From Rotaria socialis (taxonomy: Eukaryota), in assembly GCA_905331295.1 (NCBI GenBank), contig CAJNYD010000156.1, forward strand, positions 1 through 64,000: a DNA stretch of 64,000 nt, given 5' to 3'. Of this stretch, positions 1-12,282 are shown piece after piece (the stretch's first letter is position 1; each line of letters opens with the position of its first letter). Under the pieces are notes generated by a model. It made no database searches. It saw only the letters and a program-made list of their open reading frames with translations, and was not told the DNA's origin. The translations under genes were made by a program, and so were the position numbers.

Positions 1-144
1 TCTACATCTTTTTTTATCTGATAATCATTAGTAAATCAAAATAACCTATCATAATCGATCTTTTAGTAAAATCGAGGCACGTGTTAAGAAATCGACTATT
101 CCATATATATACATTTTTTTCTTTTCTCTTCTATCATCGTACCA

Positions 145-1740
145 ATGTTATCTGAAGCCGAATATTATACCGCTTTACAAAACGTACACAACATTCCTTC
201 TCATATTCAAGTACAACATCGACAGAATTATACAAAATTATTAAAGAAACAAATCAAAGAATATGAATACAATTTAAAATATGACAATTTTCAACCATTG
301 CCATATATTCCGTACTTTGTAAACAAAACAACAACTGAACCAACATTACAACAACTCATACAAGCAGCAACATCATCATCCGAATTTATTATGGATACAG
401 AATCAATTAATATATACAAAAGAAAAAATGAACCTACATTAATTCAAATCCAGATCATATTACCATACAATTTGTCTTTGGTTATGATCGTTGAAATGTG
501 GCATTTACCTCGTAATAATACCACTTGTTTTACATTAATCAAACAATTATTTAACATTATCTTTACGACAAAGAAAATTATTTATCTATGGGGTCTTAAA
601 GATGAATTAACTCCTTTCGTCGATTTTAATTTATTTTCACATGATCAACTTCAATCTATTACACCAATTAATTTACAACACCAATTTAAATTATTTTGGA
701 ATGAACAACATACACATCGTAATCGTATTTCAACATCTGATGATATATTAGAAGAAAATTGTTTATGTGAAACGTGTATCGGCAAGAAATCCTCAGAACC
801 TTGGTCTCTCCAAGATTCGACAGCATATTTGCTGAAGGAGTATCTTCCGAAAATTTTAACTAGAGAAAAATTTAATTTAGGATTAGATCCACACTTATTT
901 AATTTAGATTTTCAAGAACGACAATATCGACAACAACTTACAAATTATGCATTAAACGATTGTTTATCAATGCAACGAATATTGATAAATATGAAAAATG
1001 AAAAATTCGAATTTAAATTTCATTCGAAGAAACCTATTAAAAATAAATCATTTCAATTATCACAATTTACTTCAGATGAAGATGATGATGATTTATTCTC
1101 TTCACAATCGACTTCAACATTTTCCAAACCTCAAGAAAAAATTTCCAATCAAATTATTTCTTCAAAAAAATTATCCACTCCATCTATCATAACTCTGGAA
1201 AATAATTTGATATTATCTACTCAAAATGAATTAACTATGAATCATCCACCAGAATTAATTCCATCATTAGTTGGTTTACAAGGATACTCACATGATTGGA
1301 AATCTATGCGAACGAATGAAAATAATAGTAATTTACTTGATCATGCAAATGTACAATCAGAATCAACATCAAATTTTAATGCTCAAAATGAACCAAAAAA
1401 TCCTCGTGAAAAATTATCGGCTGATCAACTTCGACAAATCCATAACAGATCATGTACAATCAAACAACGTCGACGATATTATAAAAACGAATTGATTTTC
1501 GAAAATATCGATTATCGTTTTTCAATAAAACAAATTAAAATGATATTAAAAGAAGAAAATATTCCAATTTATATCGTCAATACAACAACAACAACCGAAA
1601 ACACAAGAAAATTGTTTGTCGCTGTTCGTAATGCAAAATTATTAAAGACATACGAACAACAAACTCAACATCTATTTACAAAAATACATTACGAACAACT
1701 TAAAGCAAATCGACGATTGTTACGAGATGCTCAACATTAA
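145..1740 (+). CDS. DEDDy-type (RNase D/WRN-like) 3'-5' exonuclease accessory ORF of an LTR retrotransposon
   Basis: Intronless 531-aa ORF with Exo I (FIMDTES...IQIQI), Exo II-like (IYLWGLKDE), WSLQD and Exo III (YALND) motifs. It lies directly upstream of a PPT and LTR. Extra DEDDy ORFs are known in bdelloid LTR elements (Vesta) and Terminons. Confidence 0.8.
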   Translation: MLSEAEYYTALQNVHNIPSHIQVQHRQNYTKLLKKQIKEYEYNLKYDNFQPLPYIPYFVNKTTTEPTLQQLIQAATSSSEFIMDTESINIYKRKNEPTLIQIQIILPYNLSLVMIVEMWHLPRNNTTCFTLIKQLFNIIFTTKKIIYLWGLKDELTPFVDFNLFSHDQLQSITPINLQHQFKLFWNEQHTHRNRISTSDDILEENCLCETCIGKKSSEPWSLQDSTAYLLKEYLPKILTREKFNLGLDPHLFNLDFQERQYRQQLTNYALNDCLSMQRILINMKNEKFEFKFHSKKPIKNKSFQLSQFTSDEDDDDLFSSQSTSTFSKPQEKISNQIISSKKLSTPSIITLENNLILSTQNELTMNHPPELIPSLVGLQGYSHDWKSMRTNENNSNLLDHANVQSESTSNFNAQNEPKNPREKLSADQLRQIHNRSCTIKQRRRYYKNELIFENIDYRFSIKQIKMILKEENIPIYIVNTTTTTENTRKLFVAVRNAKLLKTYEQQTQHLFTKIHYEQLKANRRLLRDAQH

Positions 1741-1808
1741 ATTTTGATTTCTTTTATATATAATCATCTTAATGTTTTTGTTTGTCTTCGTTTTTTTTTC
1801 TATCTGAA

Positions 1809-2000
1809 CAGATTTTGTTATTAACTCGTTCAGATTTTGTTATTTTTTTGTTATTAACTCGTTCAGATTTTGTTATATTTTTTTGTTTTGTTATTAACTC
1901 GTACAGATTTTGTTATTTTTTGTTATTAACTCTTGTTCAGATTTCATTATATTTTTTCGTTGTAAACTGTTTGTTCAGATTTTGTCATTTCTGTTCAGAT
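1809..2000 (+). repeat. Degenerate tandem repeat (core GTTATTAACTCGTTCAGATTTT) in the retroelement 3' UTR
   Basis: About 4-6 degenerate copies separated by short T-rich linkers, between the ORF stop and the PPT. Confidence 0.8.
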
Positions 2001-2153
2001 ATGAACATGTGACACGTAGGAAATCTTCTTTATATTTTCTATATCGTTGTTACATTTTCTTGTTGTTATTATATCTACGTGATTCATCTTCATATTTCTT
2101 CCATTCTCTATCTACATTAAACGTAAAATGTTGATAGGATACATTTTTTTCTT

Positions 2154-2360
2154 GAAAGGGAGTGTTACAGTGAGATGTCGCTCACTTACACATTCGTATA
2201 TATCCTCTATCATCTTCTTTAATCTTCTTTGGTCTTCTCTCTTCTTCCCTGGCTGTTCTCGCTATATATTTCATGTAATATAGAGTTAAGGAGATTCTTC
2301 TTGTTAAATAAAGTTAACGTACACGTTGTACGTACAGACAATACATCCCACACTTTAACA
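2154..2360 (+). mobile_element. Polypurine tract (2154-2162) and 3' LTR (2163-2360) of an LTR retrotransposon
   Basis: GAAAGGGAG is immediately followed by TGTTA...TAACA (TG..CA inverted termini, 198 bp) with an internal AATAAA near 2307-2312. Confidence 0.8.
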
Positions 2361-3515
2361 TCTACGAATTTATATTATTATTGTAAATTAAGAGCAAAAT
2401 TTTCCAATATATATCTGAATCATCATTTTGAAATACAAGTGTGAGTTGTACATACTAAACATTAGTTTATTAATTTGAAAAGTAAGTTCACCGAACGAAT
2501 TTTTAGATGATTCAGATCTTTAATATCAAAAATATCGACTCATAACTTTGAAAAAGCAGGGTATGGGTGTCATGATTCCTGTGTCTGTACCAGAGCTACG
2601 CGGGATGGCCAATAGAGATGTCTCGTCCTGTCCCACTCAAACTTTTCCCGTGAGTCACGCCCCGTCCTGTTTTGTCCCATATCGTCTTCCATGTAGCTGT
2701 GTTTATGCACATAAAACTAACGTTTCTATGATAATTCAATAAGCAAAACCTAGAATTTAGCATACACTTTCTTCTGGAAGAATAAGTATCGCACTATTTA
2801 ATGTTCATCAATCACGTGTACATATATGTTAGGCTCTAATATGTATAGAACGAAAGAGACAAGCAGTGTCACTGATGTTATGTGACAGAACGACGAAAAA
2901 GGGGACATTCATGGGAATCAAACCCATATCTTATGCTATCCGGGCAGATGTACTACCGTTATACTAGAAAGCGCATCTAAATCATCGTTCAGCGTTAGTG
3001 CGAGCCAACACTGACGCTAACACTATAAAACATTTTCGACTTCATTGATCGTAATTGTCGATGCGATTTCGAGAGAAGAAGACAGGCACTTTTTTATTTC
3101 CAACAGCTCCAGTTTTTCCTAGAAGTAAAATTTTATGCAATGTCAAAAATAAGAGAAAACTGATGAATTCAATTGTTAATCTGATAACAACAAAATATAG
3201 TATAACCTCAGTGAATGAAAGTAGTATTGTTTGTATGTCGTTCCTTTGCTTTGCAAGTCAGTGATAAGACGCGTCTGCTCTTGTCTGTTCAGTGCTGCTT
3301 TTCCGCTTCTTTTATTTTTCTTCGTTGTCACTTAATCTGAGTTTGTAACTTTCGGTTCGAGTGACAAATGTCCTCGTCTAGTGGACATGCACTTAAGAGA
3401 GAGTCCATGAGTCCATCGAGAAACCAAAGCACTCGATAAAATTTAGATTTTTGATTTGATATTTCCATCTTGTTCAGCATCATCTGAAACCTATGAATCC
3501 AAATTTTTACTGTAT

Positions 3516-3594
3516 GGGTGTGGGGTGTGGATGTGAGTGTAGAGAAAAAGAAGATCCACACCCACACCCGCACCCACACCCGCACCCACACCCA
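3516..3594. repeat. Inverted pair of TGTGGG/CCCACA (telomere-like) repeats; family member 1
   Basis: GGGTGTGGGGTGTGGAT...ATCCACACCCACACCCGCACCCACACCCGCACCCACACCC; related units at 6435, 18790, 18966 and 19379. Confidence 0.75.
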
Positions 3595-3723
3595 AGTTCA
3601 AATCGTCTGAAATTTTCAGGATATGTTGGGACTAGAGCGGGTAGTCTACGATAAAAATTTCAGCCCGAAAGATACAAGTTTAAGGAAGTTAAAAGGTGAA
3701 CACTGGTCAAAAATGACCCATTT

Positions 3724-4044
3724 TCCATCCTAGTTATTTTACCTTCAACTATGTTTTTTCGAAATTTTTTTTCACCATTCGATAGAACATGCAAAGATGC
3801 AGAGCATCACGTTCTCCGATTTTTTTTAAGTTCATTTATAGCCCGAAAAATTTTGCACAAGTAAAAGTCCTTCAAAAAAGGTCAAAAAATTGCATGCAAA
3901 TTTTGCAGGCGACCTTTTTTGGGCATAAAAAAAACTTTTTTCAAAAATCGGAGAACGTCATGCCCTGCGACTTTGCATGCTCTATCGAATGGTAAAAAAA
4001 ACATTTCGAAAAAACATAGTTGAAGGCAAAATAACTAGGATGGA
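3724..4044. repeat. Long imperfect palindrome (fold-back/MITE-like)
   Basis: Arms of about 125 bp, TCCATCCTAGTTATTTT...GCCCGAAAAA and TTTTTGGGC...AAAATAACTAGGATGGA, around a ~65-bp spacer. Confidence 0.85.
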
Positions 4045-4419
4045 TGTTGGAAAAACATGATTTTGAGAAAAACGCAAAAACATTTTTTCGAAGTTTTTGC
4101 TGTTTTTTAAATTTTCTGCAATTTTCACGCGTTTTTTGCGGAAACTCACCTAACTTGCCATACGTAACTTTTAATTCTGCACACGCTGAGCGCTTAATTA
4201 ATTAATTAATCAGTCATTAGAGATTAAAGACCTAATTATACTGCCGTTTTTGACATTGAGGACCTCTGAAAGATCACTGAAAATTTCGGTCAAAAAATGG
4301 TCTTTGGGAAAAAAAACTATAGTAATTCTGAAAGAGCAAAACATGGGCTATCACCCCATGGTGTTATCTCAATTTTCAATTTTTTGACGAAAACCGACTT
4401 TTTTGGAGGGGTGGGTGGC

Positions 4420-5194
4420 TTAATAGATAAAGATAGTTATGAAAATATATGCAATTTAAATACCTACATGAATGCCTTAATATTGATTGAAACAAAATCT
4501 TGAATTGCTTCTCATATATGGTTTGAGTAGGATTGGAAAAAGAACAGTTAGAGATCAGAATTAGAAAGAATAAAAAGAAGTAACTGAAGAATACTATGAT
4601 GTTAGAAATAGATGTACTATTTTTAATAGCCCATTTTTTGATAAATATGAAAAAAAACAAAAAAAACTGTTTGTTGAATTCAAAAAATTATTTCTTTTCG
4701 AAGATAATTTAAAATCGATGTACATGATTTTTCAAAAGGATATAATAGGTTTAATAAAAGTCATAAAAAGCAAACAAAAACAAACTGAAGGTCTATGATA
4801 CGTGTTACCAAAGTTTTACAAAGCTGTGTCTAAGATTTTATTGCAGATATTGATAGAAAAATAATGTGAATGTGTTTATGTTGTAGCAAAAATTTTAAGA
4901 CCTGAAATTATACATTTTTCTACGACTTTTACTATGATTATGATCTTGCTTTTACGACGTTTCACAAAAAAGAAACGTTTTTCTGGAGGCGCTGATCTTG
5001 AAGAAACAATGACTAAAGTACTTGAAATTTTATAGTACACAGAAAAACAAAATTTGGCGACAGCCTGAATACTATTATATCAATTTCGAGATTAATTTAA
5101 AGTGCGACGTTGATTTTTTAAAATCATTAACTATTCATCGGACACATATGTGTGACATCTGCCTGGCCTATAATGCTGCAGCGTAATGGCCACA
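4420..5194. repeat. Direct duplication, copy 1 (copy 2 at 8809-9730)
   Basis: Colinear with copy 2 from TTAATAGATAAAGATAGTTATGAAAA to GTGACATCTGCCTGGCC...TAATGGxCACA. Confidence 0.9.
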
Positions 5195-6434
5195 AGCTGT
5201 TACGCGATCACCTTCGATTGTTTATTCAATATGCGCCCCCTCTCTCTGCGCTTGATTTATCAAGCGCTATGCATCCTCGGATTGTTTTCATCTTGCACTT
5301 GTGAACTCTAATGGACGTATCATTACAACAATTATTTGTTGATAAATATCGTTCACATAAGATTCTGAGAATTGAGTTCGACAAACTTAAACAGGTTCGC
5401 TTATTGAAGTTGACATAATAATTGTTATAAAAATGATAATCGAAAAAAATGTATTTTTAAAATTTTAACGAACAACTATATCATCCTATTAAAATATCAT
5501 ATTTTCCCACAACAGTCGTTGTTTTTTGGTAGTCCCATAAGATACCTTCAACTTATACAACTTTTCTGTTTTTTTTATTAAACGATTTCTTTCAGTAAAC
5601 AAAGTAAAGGCATTTTTGTCTGCGCTGGTCATGTCCTATCATTGAATTGAATTGAATTTTTCTTCACAAAAATCACATATTGGATTAGGACACTTAATTT
5701 TAAGATGTTCGTAAAATAATAATTCATCAAATGTATTCACATTGTAATTAAATAAAATATTATTAAGTACGTTCTTTTTGTTATATTTCGTAATCCTTAA
5801 ATATATCATTCTTATGACCGAGCAGTATCTTTAAAAAAATTACATTTTGAATAGAAAATAATTTATAACTGGGTTTGTTCAAGACATTCTGTAAATTCAA
5901 TTATATCCCGTGATGAAAAACATCTAATATTCAAATGAGATCAACATATATTACATTGACGATGTTCACATGACATTTAGCATAGTTGTTGTAAAATGAG
6001 ATTACATAGTCAACAAATATATTATCCATTGATAGTTTTTCTGTTTCTTGCGTCAAAATCAAACACAATTGAACAACATTGTAAATTCAACTACGTAGTA
6101 GCATAACTTCTGCTCTTTATTCGTATTCTTTTCAATTTTGTTTTCATCAACAAAACATAAGTTTCGAGCTAAACATATAGAATTTCATGAAGCAGTCTGT
6201 TCAATTTTATTAGCTCAAAAAAGAAATAGAGAGATGATATTTATTTTATGATAATTAATCTTACATTTTCAACTTAGCCGTTCGTTGCATATAGCTACAA
6301 ATCAGATGTGAATAGCAATGAAGTTAAACTGAGCACCTCATGATTTACTGATCCTGTCGTAGTGTAGACTAAGAAGGAATACAATTGGAAAAGGTAAAAC
6401 AATTTCAAATGTTTTGCCCGCAGTGATAATAAAA

Positions 6435-6489
6435 GGGTGTTGGTGTGGATGTGATTCTTCTGCTAATGTATACCCACACCCACACCCTA
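6435..6489. repeat. Inverted TGTGGG/CCCACA mini-element; family member 2
   Basis: GGGTGTTGGTGTGGATGTG...CCCACACCCACACCCTA. Confidence 0.7.
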
Positions 6490-6499
6490 TGATCTTGTC

Positions 6500-8189
6500 G
6501 ACATATTCAATTGAGATGAAACTGGACTTTTTTACAAGATGATGCCTAATCGATCATTAACTGTAGACAAAAATGACTGTAAAGGAGGGATAAATCAAAG
6601 GAACGCTATACCATGATGTTGTACACCAATTGGGCTGGAAATGAAAAGTTGAAACCAGTTGTCATTGGTATGTGAGTCTTCATCAATTTTTATTTTATAT
6701 TAGCTCTTTTTTTATTCATGTTGTAGCTAAATCAGCCCGGTCCAGATGTTTCAGAAATATTGACTTCAAGAAGTTACCCCTCTTACGGTACAGTAATCGT
6801 AGCTCGTGGATGACTTGTTAACTTTTTACTGAATGGTTGCAAGATTCCGATATGATCATGCGGAAACAAAAAAGACACATTCTATTCTTCCTTGACAATG
6901 CACCAGTTCATCCTCCAGATGTACAATTAGAAAAACAACAAAGATTCAACCGATGGATCAAGGAGTTATTCGAGCACTCAACGTTTATTACCGACGTCAT
7001 CTAGTCAAGCTTATAATCACCGGTGCTGGTGTTGCTGTGACGGCCGACGATATTAATATTACTGCTTTAGATGTTGTCTATTGGATTCAAGGCGCATGTG
7101 AAGCAGTGTCAGAAACAACAATAAGGAACACATTCAAATCAGCCGGTATTGAAAAGCTGTCTGTTATCGATGGAATCGATGCAGTACAACAAATTTCAAT
7201 AACAGATGAAATTATTTCTGCAGAAGATAAATCAATTGAAGAATTAGATCGAGTATTGAGACATTTAACCATCGGTGGAAAACCAATGTCTGGCTATGAT
7301 ATTATGTGGTGAGATGCGGGAGAGAAATTTGGAAAAATATTTTGCTTTTTTACGTTTCAGTGTTTCAGAGTACTGATGATAATGCTCCATCATTTAACGA
7401 ATGGAATGATTCGAATGATAAATTATTAGTAATTAACGGAATTATCAATGATGATGGGGATAGCAATGAAGATCAACTGAATGACGATGTTCCAAGTGAA
7501 GATCCACCTTCCTTATCTGAATTTTTAGACCTAATTCGTCGTCTGCGCTTTTTCTCGACAATGCAACAACCAGAATTACATTCGTTCATTATTGAATTAT
7601 AGTCTAAACCAACTGATGCACTCCTCGATTCTACTTTATCAAAACAAAGACCTATTCTCGATTATTTCAAATATGTATCTGTTTAATCTTATGGGTTTCT
7701 TGTGAAATAATTCTTTTTTATATAAATAAATTACAACAGTTCATCACCCAGGCGAATGAATCCTATGGGATTCCGGGTTACGGATTGGCTGTCGACTCCG
7801 ACGGAAAAAAACATTTTCTTAATTAGGGGTGAATATGCATATTTTCTCATAAGAACACTAGGGTCATACGTTCATGTCAGATTCCGTTAATTTCCAACAC
7901 TGGATCCTACACCAAGGATCCGACTGTAGGTCCTGGTCCCGGAATCCTATAGGATTTCGTTGGTTTTATTGGAATCCATGGATATTTGGTATATTCACGG
8001 TCTGACCCTTGTCGGAATCCGATAGGATCCTAGTCTCGGAATGACTCTCCTGGGCAGAAGTGAACTAGTAATGCCATTAAATTCGAAAAATCTCTATATT
8101 TCTACAGACCCCCGTCATTTGTGATCACCCTATTAATCTGAACGATTTTTAAAAGTACCGACAGTGTTTCGATAAGAGAGGTTTTACTG
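6500..8189 (+). mobile_element. Decayed, 5'-truncated pogo/Tigger DNA transposon with intron-containing DDE_1 transposase pseudogene (about 6500-7686) and right TIR
   Basis: Reads DIFN*DETGLFYKMMPNRSL...KERYT...GNEKLKPVVIG, intron 6668-6726, ...WMT...ILFFLDNAPVHP...QPMDQGVIRAL, with stops and frameshifts. Right TIR ...GATAAGAGAGGTTTTACTG is followed by TA at 8190. Confidence 0.9.
7747..8054. mobile_element. Non-autonomous element with CCCAGG...CCTGGG termini and 2-bp TSD (CMC/EnSpm-like), nested in the pogo 3' region
   Basis: Terminal inverted repeats, internal GGATCC/GGAATCC sub-repeats, CA duplicated on both sides. Confidence 0.75.
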
Positions 8190-8808
8190 TATATATATTG
8201 GTAAATTGCTGAAGTCTGAAATTAAAAAAGAATGAAATAAGATTAGATTTTTGATAATATTCAAAACAATTTTTACTTTCTAATACATTGTACTAGGCAT
8301 TATGATTGATGTATGTTTGATATCTTTATTTGAAAAAGAATGGTTGTTCACTTTGGATAAAAAATGTGTAATGTATTGTAATTTAAAATAAGTACATAGT
8401 ATATCAGATATATGTATTTATATAGAAATTTACATACATAACGACTTGAAAAGTTTTAACGTAAACAACGAATGAATTTTTTCTTTTTTAATTTCATACT
8501 AAATTATTTTGCATTGTAGATTAAAAAAGCATCATATTTCGATAGAATATTTAATATATTTTAATTTATTTTGCAAGAAGTAATTGTATTTTATTTAATA
8601 ATAACATTTATCTTTTAAAAGTTATTCCAAAAGTTAAATAGTTATACGTAAATTTGAATAGGTACACAGATTTAAAGATAAATAAATAAACTGTTTGTAT
8701 CATTTAAACAAATCTGTTTTGTGAGAGATGAATTTAATATACATATATATGATTCTAAATAAAAGTTTTACATAGTGTTTATTATTTCACTGTTTTCCTC
8801 TCGTCTTT

Positions 8809-9730
8809 TTAATAGATAAAGATAGTTATGAAAAGGTATGCAATTTTAATTACCTACAGGAATGCCTTAATATTAATTGAAACAAAATATTGAATTGCTT
8901 CTCATATATGGTTCGAGTAGGATTGGAAAAAAGAACAGTTAGAGATCAGAATTAGAAAGAATAAAAGGAAGTAACTTAAGAATACTATGGTGTTAGAAAT
9001 AGATGTACTATTTTTAATAGCCCGTTTTTTTAATAAATATGAAAAAAAACAAAAAAACTGTTTGTTTAATTTAAAAAAAAATGGTTTCTTTTCGAAGATG
9101 ATTTAAAATCGATGTGCATGATTTTACATAAGTATATAATAGGTTTATTAACTATTAATAGTTTTAAACAGCTGTAAGATTTTCACATGCAATAGGATTT
9201 TAAGTAGCTATAGGCACTTTTAAATAGTGGCATGCTTAATTAAGAAGTATCTCTTTTGAGAAGCTACGCATGTAATTACTTGTATGAAATGCTAGTATAA
9301 TAAAACTCATAAAAAACAAACTACAGGTCTATGATACGTGTTACCAAACTTTTACAAACCTGTGTCTAAGATCTTGTTGCAGATCTTGATAGAAGAATAA
9401 TGTGAATGTGTTTATGTTGTAGCGAAAATTTTAAGTTCTAAAACGATACGTTTTTCTATGACTTTTATTATGATTATGATCTTGCTTTTACGATGTTTCA
9501 CAAAAAAAAAAACGTTTTTTTGGAGGCCGTAACCTTGAAGAAACGATGACATAAATCCTCGAAATTTTACAGTTCACAGAAAAAAGTACATGGCAACAAC
9601 GTGGGATGCTATTAAATCTATTTCGAGATTATTTTAAAATGCGACGTTGATTTTTCAAATCATTAACTATTCATCAAACACATATGTGTGACATCTGCCT
9701 GGCCCATAAGCATGCAACTTAATGGACACA
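8809..9730. repeat. Direct duplication, copy 2, running into the assembly gap
   Basis: Matches 4420-5194, with an extra ~150 bp near 9147-9297. Confidence 0.9.
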
Positions 9731-9969
9731 NNNNNNNNNNNNNNNNNNNNNNNNNNNNNNNNNNNNNNNNNNNNNNNNNNNNNNNNNNNNNNNNNNNNNN
9801 NNNNNNNNNNNNNNNNNNNNNNNNNNNNNNNNNNNNNNNNNNNNNNNNNNNNNNNNNNNNNNNNNNNNNNNNNNNNNNNNNNNNNNNNNNNNNNNNNNNN
9901 NNNNNNNNNNNNNNNNNNNNNNNNNNNNNNNNNNNNNNNNNNNNNNNNNNNNNNNNNNNNNNNNNNNNN
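9731..9969. other. Assembly gap (N run)
   Basis: Run of N. Confidence 1.
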
Positions 9970-10382
9970 CTTGCTCACATCATGCTAATACACATGCAGT
10001 AAAATGCACTGATAAAGCTGATTATACCAACAGTGGATCGGCATCGGAAGAGATACGCACAGATACAGGATCTGCATCGGGAGATATACGCACAGGTACG
10101 GTATCGGTCTCGAAGAAGAAGAAATATTTTGCTGTTGCATTCTTGTGCTGTGCGAAATGTTGTCTTGTATTGCGTTCTTCATCAGTTCATCTATGAAATT
10201 AATTCTCCTTTTACTCTCACAATGCAAGTTTCTTCTAAGAATCATCAGATTATCTTTCACTCCTTAACTACGTTTTTCTTTGCATATAAGCACGGACGTC
10301 GCCTGTAAGAAAAGCGTATTGGTATGAAATAAGAAGAATTAGTTATAGCTGGAAAAATCGCGGTCTACTATATTTTCTTTAA

Positions 10383-11828
10383 CCCTACGTAGACGTTGTC
10401 ACTTTGAAACTATGAATGCTGTGGGGTCCAAGTGGACCCACCCATAAAAAATTGTAGCAAATCGATACTTTTGTTTTGAATCATCTAGTCATTTATGTAC
10501 TATAACCCTCTAATTACGTCACTCACAAATAGGTGTGTTACGTTCAATAAAGAATATCCAAAAGAGTGATTGATGCATTTTTTCAATAGAATAGTAGAAA
10601 TAAGCTCGTATACCGACATACATAATAAATAGATGTGCGAAGAAAAGACATTCGTCCCTTTTTCAATAGCTTTATTTTTATCTTTTTCGTTTTTCCATGA
10701 TTAACAAAATCTACAAGAGTAGTTTTTCTGGCGGGTGTCCCAAAGATCATTAAGTCATTCATAATTACTTCGATGTACACCAGATTGAATCAATAATCCA
10801 ATAAAAGATTCTAATTCTATACGATCAACTGATTTCCAAAAATGTGAATCTGATCGTATGTTATTAGAATCTTGTCGTGGTGTAATCTTTTTATCATAAT
10901 ATCGTTTAGCATAAAGATTTGTATGAAAAACAATTAGTTCAAGCATTTCATTTGTAAAGAAAATTTTAAAAGCATCAAGAATTGTCTGAATTTCAATAGT
11001 AGAACCAGACGTTTTTTCATCACGTTAGCAGCAGCTGTACGACTTTGTTCTAAGTTTGGATATATAGACCATATGGCACCATTCTTTTTTAATGTTTCTG
11101 GTTGACTAACTGTAACAACATCACCATGCTCAAAATCAGAATTTGATAAATCAGATTCTTCTGATACATGTTCACTATTAGAGGTATCATCTGATTCAGT
11201 TGCAAGAAAATCAGAGTCACTATCTGAATCAGAACCTTGATTATCATTAACATCATTACTAAATCCATTTTCATCTGCTAATAGAATATCTCGAATTCGT
11301 TTTAAGTTTGACTTAGGTATTGCGCTCATACTATATAATAACAGAAAAAGTGAAAATGCATGATATAGTTTAATTTTCTCACATGTTTAGAAGAGTTAAT
11401 AACAGATTCAAGCAATCACAATAATTAGACAAGTAGCAGTAGACAGAAATATATTTTTGATTTTGGAAATAGTTACGAGTTCGAATTTCACTTTATACGA
11501 AGAAAGGATGAATCATTACCACTATAAATGAATGTGGAAACAAATCATAACACATCTGTTTGGAAAACAATTGAAAGAAAATAGATGGCAGCTTTAGTAA
11601 GACAAAAGATCATACTTATAGCACAATAGGTGTTCTCGGGTCCGCGCGGACACACCACTGTATTCCTCCCTCTGTAGAGGTACTTCTGACATCTAGTGAG
11701 GATATTATAGGTCAACTAAGGATTAGAGATTAGAGAAATGGAATGACCCAAAACAACAAAGAATGACGGAATAGCAGTGGAAAAATTGTCAGATGGGTCC
11801 GCGTGGACCGCACAACGTCAACGTAGGG
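10383..11828 (-). mobile_element. Internally deleted piggyBac transposon
   Basis: TTAA-CCCTACGTAGACGTTG ... CAACGTCAACGTAGGG-CTAA, with subterminal GGGTCCnnnnGGAC palindromes. The frameshifted transposase N-terminus (11329 to about 10755) has an acidic region, IVFHTNLYA and WKSVDRIELESFIGLLIQSG. The catalytic DDD core is missing. Confidence 0.92.
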
Positions 11829-12282
11829 CTAAAGCACGTGAAGAAAATTCATAACTTACTTGATGAAATTGGGTATGATTCTGAAAACTATAATGGTCCG
11901 TGATTGAATTTCAGAATTAGTCAAAGTGTTCTTCTACCGATCAGGTTGTTATCACCTAAAAAACGGTGTTGGTGATCCGTAAATTAAGAACTAAAACTAG
12001 ATGGTATTCGAGTTTCACTCGTACACGAAATGCGATGCGAAGCAAGAATCCGTATATCGCACGAAAAATCTTCAATTGATAGGTATTAAATAGTCTTTGT
12101 ATAGCCATAATGCAATTCATCACTGAGAAAACTATTCTTACTTGGCGATCTATTCCTAAGGGTCTATTTCGATTAATTATCTCCATGATTTGGCGTGGGT
12201 ATAGATTAGCAGAAGAATTACATTCACACTTCAACGCGATAGAGAGAGAGATCTCCTTTGATTCTTATATTTTCTCTTCTAG

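Noticed and set aside
1..5. TCTAC at the window start equals the 5 bp after the LTR (2361-2365)
   Set aside because: The window edge is arbitrary and no LTR follows position 5; coincidence.
1809..2000. Regularly spaced repeats next to a nuclease ORF (CRISPR-like appearance)
   Set aside because: The linkers are short, T-rich and not unique spacers, there are no cas genes, and the context is a eukaryotic retroelement 3' UTR.
2591..2701. Small CAGAGCTAC...GTAGCTGTG inverted-repeat element
   Set aside because: Probably an old hAT-like MITE, but the TSD is not recoverable; too degraded to annotate.
9667..10308. ORFs spanning or adjoining the N gap, including a 30-bp tandem repeat near 10036-10095
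   Set aside because: Gap artefacts, or too short to assign; no recognisable domain.
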